Assembly (NCBI GenBank): GCA_963737655.1
Contig: CAVTTN010000002.1
Span: 1,408,001 to 1,472,000, forward strand
Direction: 5' to 3'
DNA: 64,000 nt
Source of the DNA: an uncultured Planctomycetota bacterium
GTDB lineage: Bacteria > Planctomycetota > Planctomycetia > Isosphaerales > Isosphaeraceae
Part shown: piece after piece, positions 10,414 through 21,386 of the stretch
Layout: each line of letters starts with the position of its first letter
How positions within the stretch are numbered: the stretch's first letter is position 1
Translations under genes and position numbers: made by a program
The notes under the pieces: generated by a model
The model's database searches: none
What the model was told of the DNA's origin: nothing
Seen by the model: the letters and a program-made list of their open reading frames with translations, nothing else

Positions 10414-13242
10414 CGCCCGACGACTCGGCCTCGGCCCCGGCCCCGATCGCCACCACCACGGCCGCCCGGCCGTTCGCCTCGGCGGCCTCGGAGGATGACC
10501 CTCGGGTCGCCCTCGCGTTGGAGGACTACCTGGAGCGCGACCGCCGGGGGGATCGGCCGCCTCGCGAGGCGTTCCTCGGCCTGTATCCCGAGATCGCCGA
10601 GGCGCTGGCGGAGTGCCTCGATGGCCTGGAGTTCGTCCGGTCGGCCGCCGGGGGGCTGGCCGGGGCCTGCGATGCGGAGCCGGGCGACGACGAGGCCCCG
10701 TTGCCGGTCGTCCTGGGGGAGTACCGGATCGTCCGCGAGCTCGGCCGGGGCGGGATGGGCGTGGTGTACGAGGCCGAGCAGGAGACCCTCGGCCGCAAGG
10801 TCGCGCTGAAGGTCTTGCCGTTCGCCGCGTCGCTGGACCCGAGGCAGCTCCAACGGTTCCGGGTCGAGGCGCAGGCGGCGGCGCAGTTGCATCACCCTCA
10901 CATCGTCCCGGTGTTCGCGGTCGGGAGCGACCGGGGGACGCACTACTACGCCATGCAGTTCATCGAGGGCCGGACGCTCGCGGCGACGATCCGGGAGCTT
11001 CGAAGGCTGGGCGGTTCGAGCCGGGGGGCGGCGATCTTTTCCCTGGACGGGAAGGGGCCCGCGGTCGAGCCGACTTCCGAGCTGGCGACGACGATCTCGG
11101 CCGCCGGCCCGGGCGAGTCGGCGTCTCGAAGGGCGCGACCCGGGGAGCCGCCGTCGTCGCCGTCGGCCCGGGGGCGGGCCTGGGCCCGGGTCGTGGCCCG
11201 GCTGGGCCTCCAGGCGGCCGAGGCCCTGGAGCATGCGCATTCGCTGGGCGTCCTCCACCGCGACGTGAAGCCGGCGAATCTCATGATCGACCCCCGGGGC
11301 GACCTCTGGATCACCGACTTCGGCCTCGCCCGGTTCCGCGACGACCCCGGCCCGACCCGCACCGGCGACCTCCTGGGCACCCTTCGTTATATGAGCCCGG
11401 AGCAGGTCCGCGCCAAACGCGGGGTGGTCGATGAGCGGTCGGACGTCTATTCGCTGGGCGTGACCCTGTACGAGGCGGCCGTCCTCCGCCCGGCGTTCCA
11501 CGGGAGGGACCGCCCGTCGGTCCTCCATCAGGTGCTCAACGACGAGCCGACGGCCCCCCGGAGGATCGACCCGACGATCCCGCGGGACCTGGAGACGATC
11601 ATCCTCAAGGCGATGGCCAAGGCGCCCGAGTCGCGGTACGGATCGGCCCGGGAGCTGGCCGACGACCTCCGCCGGTTCCTGGCCGATGAGATGATCCTGG
11701 CCCGCCGGCCCTCGCCGTGGGAGCGATCGGCGAAGTGGGTCCGGCGGCACGGGACGGCCGTGACGTCGGCCTCGGCGATGCTGGTCCTGGCCTCGACGAT
11801 CTCCGCCGGGCTGCTGTGGCGAGAGATGGGGCACGTGGCCGAGTCCGTCCGGTCGGAGAGGCAGGCGAGGCTCCGCGAGAGGAAGGTCCTGGAGTCGGTC
11901 TTCGCCGGGTCGGACGACGTGACGATGCAGTCGATGGCGAAGGTCACCGAGGCGAACAACAAGGGGCAGGAGGGCTGGGACGCCCCGGGCTATTACCGGA
12001 CGGCCCTGTCGTTCTACGCCAACATCGCCCACCAGGCCGAGGCCGATCGCGAGCCTCCGGCCGCTGAGGGCGAGGGCCCTGGGCCGGGTGGGGTTCTGCG
12101 AGATGATGCTCGCCCATTCCGAGGGCCCGGGCGTCGCCCGGGGCGAGCCGAAGGCCGAGGCCGCCTACCGCCTCCACGTCGGCGAGGCCGAGGCCGCCTA
12201 TCGCCGGTCCGTGGCCACGTTCCAGGAGATCCTGGGCGGCCCCGGGGCCGAGGCGGCCGATCGCAAGTGGATGGCCCACGTCCTGTCCGACTGGGCCTTC
12301 CTGGCGATGGCCACCCGGGGCCTGGGCGCGGCCGAGCCGCTCTATCTCCGGTCCCTGGCGACGGCCCGGGAGGCGGCGTGGTCCGCCCCGAGCGAGGCGG
12401 CCGACCTCCACGACGTGGCCTCCGCCCACCTCCACTGGGCCGGCGTCCTGGACGACGCCCGACGCCCCCGAGACGCCGAGGCCGTCCGCCGAGAGATCGT
12501 CGAGTTCCACTCCGCGATGGCCGGGCGCCTCCCGGCCGACCGCCGGCTCCTCCGCGAGATGGCCTCGACCTACACCGGCCTGGGCGTCGAGTCCCAGGCG
12601 GACCGCCGGCGCAACGCGGAGACCTTCTATCGCCTGGCCCTGATCCTCGACCCCGAGTTCTCCGTGGCCCGGAACAACCTGGCGTGGCTCCTGGTCAGCC
12701 GGCCCGACGCCCCCCAGTTCGACCCGGCTCGGGGGATCGAGATGGCCCGCAAGCTCGTCGAGGAGCACCCCCGCGATCGCGCCTTCTGGAACACTCTGGG
12801 CGTCGCCTACTACCGGGGCGGCGACTGGAAGGCCGCCGCCGAGGCCATCGAGAGGTCCGCCGGCCTGCCCAGCGGCGGAGACGCCCACGACCGCTTCTTC
12901 CTCGCCATGATCTACTGGAAGCTCGGCGACAAGGCCCGCGCCCGAAAGAATTTCGACCTGGGCCTGGCCTGGATCAAGGGCCACCCCTCGGCGACCGACG
13001 AGGAGATCGCCCAGTTCCGCGACGAGGCCGCCCTGGTCCTCGGCCCTCGGCCCGAGCCGGCCGACTCCGCCTCGAACCCCGGGGGGCCCGCCTCGCCCTC
13101 CGAGGACCTCAATCCGCCCGGGCCCCTCCCCCCGGGCCACCCGGCCTTGAAAATCCCCAATCCCTCGGGGACGCGATGCCCCGAGGCGATCAGGAGAACT
13201 GAAGCTCGACGACCGACACCCCGGGTTTCCCTCCGGGGGTGA
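10410..13242 (+). CDS. Ser/Thr protein kinase with TM segment and TPR C-terminus (frameshift near 12050)
   Basis: GRGGMGVVY, VALK, HRDVKPAN, TDFGLA, YMSPE; the TPR part (NNLAWLL, WNTLGVAYYR) continues in the 12088..13242 frame. Confidence 0.85.
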
Positions 13243-13645
13243 AGCCCAGCGAAAGCGTCCCTCGCCCGGCCTCGCGGAAGAACGCCGACTCGCTGCCCGA
13301 GGCCGGCTCGCGGCCCGTCGCCGAGAACGTCAGGGACGCCCCCGAACCCGACACCCGGAGCGTCAGCCAGTTGGCCGACGCGCGGAGCGTGAGCGTCCCC
13401 CTCGTCGAGCCGCCCACGGTCACCAGCGTCCCCGAAACGACCGTCCGGCCCACCGGAGCCAGCGGCCCGACCCCCGCGAGCCTCATCGTCTGCCGGATCG
13501 GCAACGCCCTCAGATGGGCCGTCGCCACCACCGAGCCGACGAGATGAATCGGCACCGGGGTGATTGGCGGCGCCATCGAGAACCCCATCGGCAGCTCTCG
13601 GGATTCCAGGGATTCCACCGACGGGCGGCGCGATCGAGGCGGCAT
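13190..13645 (-). CDS. Hypothetical protein with planctomycete LExRxL extracellular motif
   Basis: N-terminus RRPSVESLESREL; RBS GGAG upstream. Confidence 0.6.
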   Translation of the reverse strand: MPPRSRRPSVESLESRELPMGFSMAPPITPVPIHLVGSVVATAHLRALPIRQTMRLAGVGPLAPVGRTVVSGTLVTVGGSTRGTLTLRASANWLTLRVSGSGASLTFSATGREPASGSESAFFREAGRGTLSLGFTPGGKPGVSVVELQFS

Positions 13646-13671
13646 GGCGGGCTCCTTCGGGGCCGGGGCCT

Positions 13672-14217
13672 TCAGGCGTTGGTGAGCGTCCAGCCCGTCA
13701 GCACGTCCTTCCCCGGCTCCCTCCTGGCCATCAGGCGCGGGGCGACGTGGCGGTTCCGGGGGTTGAAGTACCAGATCACGGACCCATCGGCCTTCGAGGT
13801 CGCCGGGCCGAGCACCGCCTCGGCCTCCTCGATCGTCATGCCGTCCTTCAGGACCCCCGTCCGGATCAGGGCACCCCAGATCATCCGATTCCCCGGGACC
13901 TGCGGCGCGAGCCTCCGGGCGAGCTGGGCGGCCTCGGCGCGGACGGCGACGTCCTCGGGCTTCTCCCGGAGCGCCCGGTCGAGGTATCCCATCAGGCGGA
14001 GCTCCGTGGCGAGCCGGTCCGGCCCCGACTTCGCCGCGTCGTCCCGGGCCCGGTCCCTCTCGCCCCGGAGCGCCTCCACGGCCGAGCGCAGGACCCGGTT
14101 CTCGGCCTCCAGCCGCCGGATCTGGGCGCGGAGGTCGGCGGCCTCGTCGCCGGCCGAGGCCGCCTCGCCCAGGGCCATCGGCGTGATCATCACCACCAGG
14201 GCGAGGAGTCTCTTCAT
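13672..14217 (-). CDS. Hypothetical exported coiled-coil protein
   Basis: MKRLLALVVM signal peptide, heptad-like region, RBS GGAGG. Confidence 0.6.
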   Translation of the reverse strand: MKRLLALVVMITPMALGEAASAGDEAADLRAQIRRLEAENRVLRSAVEALRGERDRARDDAAKSGPDRLATELRLMGYLDRALREKPEDVAVRAEAAQLARRLAPQVPGNRMIWGALIRTGVLKDGMTIEEAEAVLGPATSKADGSVIWYFNPRNRHVAPRLMARREPGKDVLTGWTLTNA

Positions 14218-14409
14218 CGCGGGGTCCCTCCGTCGGTCGGCACCCGTCCCCCGGGTGGCATCGTTGAAGATAGCCTGATCGGTCGCCGAAGTCGAGCGGG
14301 GCCGGCGAACTTCGCCCGCCTCACGGGGCGATTGACCGGGCCCGCCACTCGCCCTAGATTGGCGGTTCACCCCGACCTCCTCCCGGCCTCCATCGCGGAG
14401 AACGCATCG

Positions 14410-15363
14410 ATGTCCTCTCCCCTGAGCAAGATCAGCCGCCGCGACTTCGTCCGAGGGTCGCTCGCCGGGGCCGCCGCCCTGGGCCTGGGCGCCCGATCCG
14501 CCCTCGCCCTGGCCGACGAGCCCTCCGGCGAACCCAGGCCCGGCAAGATCGGCGACTTCAAGATCTCCCTGGCCGAGTGGTCGCTCCACCAGGCGCTCTT
14601 CGGCCGCAAGGGCGACAAGATCGACAACCTCGACTTCCCCAAGATCGCCCGCGAGCAGTTCGACATCTCGGGATGCGAGTTCGTGAACCAGTTCTTCAAG
14701 GACAAGGCCCACGATTCCGCCTACCTCCGCGACCTGAAGAAGCGGGCCGACGACCACGGCGTGACCTGCGTCCTGATCATGATCGACGGCGAGGGCGACC
14801 TCTCCGAACCCGACAAGGCCAAGAGGAATCAGGCCGTCGAGAACCACAAGAAGTGGGTCGATGCCGCCGCCGCCCTGGGCTGCCACTCGATCCGGGTGAA
14901 CACCGGCGCCCACTACAGCGCCACCGACGTCGCCTCCGCCGCCGAGGGCTGCGGCGCCCTGACCGAATACGGCGACTCGCACAAGATCAACATCATCTGC
15001 GAGAACCACGGAGGACCGTCCAGCGACCCCGACGCCCTCCTCGCCCTGATCAAGAAGGTCAACCACCCCCGGTTCGGGACCCTGCCCGACTTCGGCAACT
15101 TCCCCGACAAGAAGCACGTCTACGCCCCGATCGCCCGGATGATGCCCTACGCCAAGGGCGTCTCGGCCAAGAGCTACGACTTCGACGACTCGGGCAAGGA
15201 GACCCAGCTCGACTTCGCCCGAATCCTCAAGATCGTCACCGACGCCGGCTATCACGGCTGGGTCGGCATCGAATACGAAGGCTCCCGCCTCTCCGAGCCC
15301 GAGGGCATCAAGGCCACCAAGAAGCTCCTGGAATCGCTCAAGGGGGCCGAATACAAGGGTTGA
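14410..15363 (+). CDS. Tat-exported sugar phosphate isomerase/epimerase (TIM barrel)
   Basis: SRRDFV Tat motif, ISLAEWSLH, ENHGG, LPDFGNF, GIEYEG. Confidence 0.85.
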   Translation: MSSPLSKISRRDFVRGSLAGAAALGLGARSALALADEPSGEPRPGKIGDFKISLAEWSLHQALFGRKGDKIDNLDFPKIAREQFDISGCEFVNQFFKDKAHDSAYLRDLKKRADDHGVTCVLIMIDGEGDLSEPDKAKRNQAVENHKKWVDAAAALGCHSIRVNTGAHYSATDVASAAEGCGALTEYGDSHKINIICENHGGPSSDPDALLALIKKVNHPRFGTLPDFGNFPDKKHVYAPIARMMPYAKGVSAKSYDFDDSGKETQLDFARILKIVTDAGYHGWVGIEYEGSRLSEPEGIKATKKLLESLKGAEYKG

Positions 15364-15383
15364 GATCGTCGACGGCGCCAAGC

Positions 15384-15419
15384 TTCCCTCGTCCCCGCCC
15401 CCCGCGTCGGGACGAGGGA
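15384..15419 (+). terminator. GC-rich hairpin after the isomerase gene
   Basis: TCCCTCGTCCC...GGGACGAGGGA inverted repeat; no clear U-tract. Confidence 0.35.
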
Positions 15420-15451
15420 GATTCACCCGTCGCCCCATGTCAGGAGTCGCG

Positions 15452-16324
15452 ATGAGACGGAACGAGCCGCCCCCGATCGCCGAACCGAGGCGCCGACGGA
15501 TCGCCTTCGGCTGGTACGGCGGCAAATTTTCTCATCTCGAATGGTTGTTGCCATCATTGCCCGATTGCCGGCACTACTGCGAGCCGTTCGCCGGCTCCGC
15601 CGCCGTCCTCCTGAACCGCCCGCCGTCGCCCGTGGAGACGTACAACGACCTCGACGGCGAGGTCGTCAACTTCTTCCGCACCCTGAGGGCCGAGAAGGCC
15701 GCGCTGATCGAGGCCATCGGCCTGACCCCGTTCTCTCGCGAGGAATTCGCGCTGGCCTGCGAGATCGACCCGGATCTAGCCCCCCTCGAACGCGCCCGAC
15801 GGTTCTACGTGAGGGCCCGCCAGGTCCGCACCGGCCTGGCGCAGACGGCCAGCCTCGGCCGATGGGCCAACTGCAAGGACACCAGCCGGGCCGGGATGAG
15901 CGGCGTGATCAGCCGATGGCTCGGCGGCGTCGAGGCGCTGCCCGGGATCGCTGATCGCCTCCTCCGGGTCCAGATCGAGAACCGGCCCGCCCTCGATGTC
16001 ATCCGATTGTATGATGCTCCCAGCACATTATTCTATTGCGATCCGCCCTACATCCACGACACCCGCGGCGACTCGAAGGCGTACGGCCACGAGATGACCG
16101 ACGACGAGCACCGCGCCCTCGCCTCGGCATTGAACGCCGCATCGGGCCGGGTCGCCCTGTCCAACTACGACTGCGAACTCATGAACGCGCTCTACCCCGC
16201 GCCGAAATGGCGGAAGCTCGCCGGACCGGCCCGGACGATCCACTCGACGAAGGGTTCGCGGGCGGAGATTCTATGGACGAATTATGACGTACCGGCGCCA
16301 CCATCTGGTGAATCACCCTCGTAG
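15452..16324 (+). CDS. DNA adenine methyltransferase (Dam/D12 class), solitary
   Basis: WYGGK, EPFAGS, YNDLD, YCDPPY motifs. Confidence 0.9.
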   Translation: MRRNEPPPIAEPRRRRIAFGWYGGKFSHLEWLLPSLPDCRHYCEPFAGSAAVLLNRPPSPVETYNDLDGEVVNFFRTLRAEKAALIEAIGLTPFSREEFALACEIDPDLAPLERARRFYVRARQVRTGLAQTASLGRWANCKDTSRAGMSGVISRWLGGVEALPGIADRLLRVQIENRPALDVIRLYDAPSTLFYCDPPYIHDTRGDSKAYGHEMTDDEHRALASALNAASGRVALSNYDCELMNALYPAPKWRKLAGPARTIHSTKGSRAEILWTNYDVPAPPSGESPS

Positions 16325-17242
16325 GGTCCGCTCTCGCGGACCCTCCAGGAGCCGCAGCGCCAGCGCCAGCGAATCGAGCCGCGTCCTCACGTCGTCGGCG
16401 CGGGACATGAACACGACCGGGTGCGAGGTGCCCTTGAGGATGCCTCCGAATCGGCAGTCGGCCGTGTACATGATCGCCTTGACCGTGAGGTTGGCCGAGG
16501 AGAGGTCGGGGAAGATCATCACGTCCGCCTCGCCGACGACCGAGCCGCCGATCCCCTTGCGGCCGGCGGCCTTGGGGGCGTAGGCGAGGTCGAACGACAG
16601 CGGCCCTTCGAGGACCATCCCGGGGAACTCGCCGAGGAGCGACCGGCGGGCGAGCTCGGCGGCGTCGAACGTGTCGGGCAGGGTGTCGATGACCTTCTCG
16701 CTGGCCGACATCATCGCCACCCTCGGCACCTCCGCGCCCAGCGAACGGGCCACCGAGGCGGCCATCTCGATCAGCTCGATCTTCTTCGCGAGCTTCGGGC
16801 GGACCATCACGCCGGTGTCGGCCAGGAGGAACCGGCGGCCGTCGCGGAGGACCTCCATCAGGACGACCTGGGCCACCGATCGACCCGAGCGGAGGCCGTT
16901 CTCGGGGTCGAGGATCGCGTGCATGAGATCGGGCGTCGAAACGCGCCCCTTCATGAGCATCGCGGCGCGACCCGATCGGACCTCCGCCACCGCCCTGGGG
17001 CCGATCTCCGGGTCCTCGGCCTCGACGATCGCGAACCCGTCCAGATCCTCGCCAAGCTCGCGAGCCACCTCGCGGATCATCGCCTCGCGACCGACCAGGA
17101 CCGGCCGAACCCAGCCGCGATCCAGGGCGATCCGCATCGCCTCCACGACCGTCGGGTCGGCCCCGCCGGCCACGGCCACCGCCACGGCCTCACCCGGCTT
17201 CCGGGCATCGGCCTCTTCGTGAAGAACGTCGAATCCGATCAT
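16313..17242 (-). CDS. Phosphate acetyl/butyryltransferase
   Basis: MLMKGRV, LLADTG, EGPLSFDLA, P.L.SAN.TVK, VVFMSRAD. Confidence 0.85.
   Translation of the reverse strand: MIGFDVLHEEADARKPGEAVAVAVAGGADPTVVEAMRIALDRGWVRPVLVGREAMIREVARELGEDLDGFAIVEAEDPEIGPRAVAEVRSGRAAMLMKGRVSTPDLMHAILDPENGLRSGRSVAQVVLMEVLRDGRRFLLADTGVMVRPKLAKKIELIEMAASVARSLGAEVPRVAMMSASEKVIDTLPDTFDAAELARRSLLGEFPGMVLEGPLSFDLAYAPKAAGRKGIGGSVVGEADVMIFPDLSSANLTVKAIMYTADCRFGGILKGTSHPVVFMSRADDVRTRLDSLALALRLLEGPRERTLRG
16321..16345. repeat. Single GTAG-type REP-like palindrome
   Basis: GTAGGGTCCGC-TCTC-GCGGACCCT; same family as 40603-40671. Confidence 0.6.
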
Positions 17243-17272
17243 CGCCTCTCCACCCACCTCGAAGTGCATCAT

Positions 17273-17393
17273 GTAGGGTGCATGAAATGCACAAGGATTT
17301 GTCGTGCAGGAAATGCACAAGGATTTGTCGTGCGGGAAATGCACCATCTGCGGCCTTCCGTCAATCGACGATGGCGCATTTCCTGCACCCTAC
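17273..17393. repeat. GTAG REP doublet with internal 26-bp tandem triplication
   Basis: GTAGGGTGCA...TGCACCCTAC ends; unit GTGCA(T/G)GAAATGCACAAGGATTTGTC at 17278 and 17304, partial at 17330. Confidence 0.8.
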
Positions 17394-18184
17394 GTCCCGG
17401 TCCACTCGGGCGGCCGCTTCCGGAGGAACGCGGAGATGCCCTCCTGGGCGTCTCGGCGGAGGGCGTTGTCGGTCATCACGGCCGAGGCGCGATCATAGGC
17501 CTCGGGCTCGTCCAGGGCCAGGCCGTCGTAAAACGCCGCCTTGCCGAGGCGGATCGTCAACGGGCTGGCCGCGACGATCGCATCCGTGAACTCTTTCACG
17601 ACTTCATCCAGGCGACCGTCGGGGACGACCCGGTTGACCAGCCCGAGCTCCCGGGCCCGAGTCGCCGAGATCGTCGCGCCGGTCAGGAGCATCTCCATCG
17701 CGGCCTTCGGCGGGATCGCCCGGACGAGCGGGACCATCGGCGTGGTGCAGAACAGGCCGATCTTGACGCCCGGCGTGCCGAACGTCGCCGATTCCGCCGC
17801 CACCGCCAGGTCGCACGCCGCCACGAGCTGGCAGCCCGCCGCCAGGGCCGGCCCCTGGACCCTGGCGATCACCGGCTGGGGCAATCGACGGAGCGTTTGC
17901 ATCACCCGGGAGCATCTCGCGAAAATCTCCGCATATTCCGATTCCGAACGCCCGATCATCTCCGCCAGGTCATGACCCGACGAGAACACCGAGCCCTTCG
18001 CCGCGATCACCACGACCCTCGCCGATCGGTCGCTCCCGACCCGATCGAGGGCCTCGCCCAGCTCGATCAGGAGCGATTCGGAGAGGGCATTGCGGCGATC
18101 GGGCCGGTCCAGGGTCAGCCGGACCACGCCCCCGTCGCTCGTCAACTCCAGGCCCGATCGGGCCTCGGCCGTCGGATTCGTCAT
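17390..18184 (-). CDS. Enoyl-CoA hydratase/isomerase
   Basis: [33 protein letters not shown] motifs. Confidence 0.9.
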   Translation of the reverse strand: MTNPTAEARSGLELTSDGGVVRLTLDRPDRRNALSESLLIELGEALDRVGSDRSARVVVIAAKGSVFSSGHDLAEMIGRSESEYAEIFARCSRVMQTLRRLPQPVIARVQGPALAAGCQLVAACDLAVAAESATFGTPGVKIGLFCTTPMVPLVRAIPPKAAMEMLLTGATISATRARELGLVNRVVPDGRLDEVVKEFTDAIVAASPLTIRLGKAAFYDGLALDEPEAYDRASAVMTDNALRRDAQEGISAFLRKRPPEWTGT

Positions 18185-18199
18185 CGCGGGCCCTCGCTT

Positions 18200-18801
18200 T
18201 CAAGGCAGGACGTCCTTCACGGCGATCCGGCCGAGCTCGCGACCGTCCAGGACGAGCGGGATTTCGGCCGTCTCGTCGTGGATCGCCTCGCCCCGATACG
18301 CCGCGGCCTTCCCCTCGCCCGAAGGCTCGGAGAACGCCTCGATCCGCCTCATCGGGATGTTCACGATCCAGTAGAGAGGGACGCGAGCGGCGGCGTGGCG
18401 CCGCCAGTTCGCACCCCGATCCTTCGCATACGACGTGTCGGCGACCTCGACGACGAGCGTAACGTCCTTCGGCCCCGGCGCGGCCCCGAAAGTCCTGCCG
18501 AGCCCCCGGGCGATCACCAGATCGGGCCCGGGCCGCGACCAGCGGTCGAGGTTCATCGACTTCTCCTCGCGGACGTGCAGGCCGTCCGGCAAGAGGAGCC
18601 TCAGCCGGTCGGCGAGCATCCCCACGCCGAAGTCGTGCGGGTCGTTCTTGGTCATCCCGCCGACGAGCCTCCCGCCGATCAGGACGACGTCCGAGGAGTC
18701 CTGGAATATGCCGATATTGATCATTTTCAAGTATTGATCGACGGTCAGGCGATAGGGCCGGGGCCCGCCTTCGACGCTCCGCTTGTGGCGTCGGTCTCCA
18801 T
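18200..18801 (-). CDS. Uma2 family PD-(D/E)XK endonuclease (frameshift near 18762)
   Basis: RPYRLTVDQY, PDLVI, LVVEVADTS, YWIVN; ATG at 18801 with RBS GGAGG is one base out of frame at a C-run. Confidence 0.8.
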
Positions 18802-18857
18802 CCCGTCCTCCCCGTTCGCCGATGGGATTGGGTCCTTCGGACGCCTCCGAGGACCGA

Positions 18858-19489
18858 TTATGTGAGGACGTCCTTGACCGCGATCCGCCCGAGCTCGCGG
18901 CCTTCGAGGACGAGCGGGACCTCGGCGTCTTCTTCATGGAGCACCGCGACGCGATAGGACGCGGATCGGCCCCGTCCGGCCGGATCGGCATAGGCCTCGA
19001 TCCTCCGTTCGAGGGTGTTCAAGATCCAATAACGAGGAATTCCTGAAGCAGCATAACGTCTCCATTTGTCGCCCCGGTCGATCCTGTACGACGAGTCGGA
19101 GACCTCCGCGATCAGGCCGATGTCGGCGGCCCTCGGGTGCCGGCGCCGGTAGTTCGTCCGGGGCCCTCGCGCCACGACGATGTCCGGCTCCGGCTCCGAA
19201 AGCGCCCCAACACGATCGGCTTCTCCTGGCGATCCGTCCATTCCCGGGGCAGCATGTCGGCGATTCGATGCCGGAGTTCATCGACACCGAAGGCGTGAGG
19301 TTCGTCCTGCGTCATCTTCTTGAAGAGGATCCCCCCGAGGAGTTCGATCCGGTCGCGATCGCGAAAAATCCCCGCATCGATCATCTTCTTGAACTGCCCG
19401 ACGGTCAGCCGATAGGGCCGGATGCCCGATCGGCCGGCCGCCTCGCCGGGTTCCGTCCTCGTCGCCTCGGGCACCACGTCGGTGGCCAT
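18858..19489 (-). CDS. Uma2 family endonuclease (frameshift near 19200)
   Basis: RPYRLTV..F, IELLGG, EPEPDI, LIAEVSDSS, YWILN; tandem paralog of the neighbouring gene. Confidence 0.85.
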
Positions 19490-19521
19490 CCTGTCTCCTC
19501 CTTCGCCTTCGGATCGCCGGA

Positions 19522-21196
19522 TTATCGCGTGAGCGCCTTGTACCGGATGCGGTGCGGCTGGTCGGCCTCCAGGCCGAGCCTCTCCTTGCGCTGGGCCTCG
19601 TAGGTCTGGTAATTGCCGTCGCACCAGACGACGCTGGAATCCCCCTCGAACGCCAGGATGTGGGTGGCCACTCGGTCGAGGAACCAGCGGTCGTGGCTGA
19701 TCACCACGGCGCATCCGCCGAAGTCCAGGAGGGCCTCTTCCAGGGCCCTGAGCATGTCGATATCCAGATCATTTGTGGGCTCGTCGAGCAGGAGCAGGTT
19801 CCCGCCGCTCTTGAGGAGCTTCGCCAGGTGGACGCGGTTTCGCTCGCCTCCGGAGAGGTTGCCGACCTTCTTCTCCTGGTCGGGCCCCTTGAAATTGAAG
19901 CTCGCCACATACGCCCGGGCCGGCACCTTGCGCTTGCCGAGCTGGACCTGATCGACGCCCCCGGTGATCTCCTGGAAGATCGTGTTGTCCGGGTTCAGCG
20001 TCTCCCGGCTCTGATCGACATACGAGGAGACGACGGTGTTGCCCACGCGGAGCTCGCCGCCGTCGGGCGTCTCCTGGCCGACGATCATCCGGAACAGCGT
20101 CGTCTTGCCCGCGCCGTTCGGGCCGATCACGCCGACGATCCCTCCGGGAGGGAGGCGGAAGCTCATCTCCTCGAACAAAAGCCGCTCGCCGTAGCCCTTC
20201 TTGACGTCCTTGGCCTCGACGACGAGGTCGCCCAGGTGGGGGCCGGCGGGGATCTGGAGGATCACCGCCTCGTCGCGCTTTTCCGAGTCTTGCGCGGCGA
20301 GCTGTTCATACCTCTGGAGCCTCGCCCGGTTCTTCGCCACCCGGGCCCGGGGCGCCAGGCGGACCCATTCGAGCTCGCGCTGGAGGGTCTTCCGCCGGTT
20401 GCTCTCCTGCTTCTCCTCCTTGGCGAGCCTCTGCTCCTTCTGCTCCAGCCAGCTCGAATAATTCCCCTGCCAGGGGATGCCCTGGCCGCGGTCGAGCTCG
20501 AGGATCCAGCCGGCGACGTTGTCGAGGAAGTAGCGGTCGTGGGTCACGGCCACGACGGTCCCCGGGTACTCCTGCAGGTGCCGTTCGAGCCACGCCACGC
20601 TCTCGGCGTCGAGGTGGTTCGTCGGCTCGTCCAGGAGCAGGATATCGGGCTTCTGGAGGAGCAGCTTGCACAGGGCCACCCGGCGCTTCTCGCCGCCGGA
20701 GAGCTTCGTGACGTCGGCGTCGCCCGGAGGGAGCCTCATCGCGTCCATCGCGATCTCGAGCTGGCGGTCCAGGTCCCAGGCGTTGGCGGCCTCGATCTTG
20801 TCTTGCAGGGTGGCCTGCTCGTCGACGAGCTTCTCCATCTCGTCGGCGTCGGGCCCTTCGCCGAAACTGCGCGTTGATGGCCTCATATCGGTCCAGGAGC
20901 GCCTTCGTCGGCGCCACGGCCTCCATGACGTTTCCCAGGACGTCCTTCGTGGCGTCGAGCGTCGGCTCCTGGGACAGGTAGCCGATCGTCACGCCCGAGG
21001 CGGGCCGGGCCGTGCCGAGGAAGTCCTTCTCGACGCCCGCCATGATCCGCAACAGCGTGCTCTTGCCCGCGCCGTTGCCGCCCAGGACGCCGATCTTCGC
21101 CCCCGGGTAGAACGACAGCCAGATGTTCTTCAGAACATCCTTCTTGCCATGGGCCTTGGACAGGTTCTCGATCGTAAAGATATACTGCGGAGGCAT
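19522..21196 (-). CDS. ettA: Energy-dependent translational throttle protein (ABC-F), 1-nt frameshift near 20866
   Basis: [21 protein letters not shown], two ABC domains with [16 protein letters not shown] linker. Confidence 0.92.
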
Positions 21197-21346
21197 TTCG
21201 GGGCGCTCATCGGGTCGGGTCCAGGGCCGGCGAAGGTCGCCCGCCTCATCCTCGATATTAGACCCGAACCCCCGCCCCGGGGGGAAGGCCAGCCGCCTGC
21301 GGATCGCCGGCCGCCTCTCTGGTACACTCTCGGCCGCACTCTCCCA

Positions 21347-21370
21347 CCGATCCGATCCGATCCGATCCGA
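21347..21370. repeat. (CCGAT)x4.8 microsatellite
   Basis: ccgatccgatccgatccgatccga just upstream of the SDR start. Confidence 0.8.
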
Positions 21371-21386
21371 CCCGGGGCCCATTGCG

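Noticed and set aside
17278..17345. Possible mini-CRISPR array
   Set aside because: Intervening sequences are identical and only 11 nt, no cas genes are present, and it lies within a REP element
19522..21196. Programmed frameshifting or true pseudogenization of ettA, fhcA and orf20
   Set aside because: Single-base homopolymer indels across many unrelated genes are better explained by sequencing error
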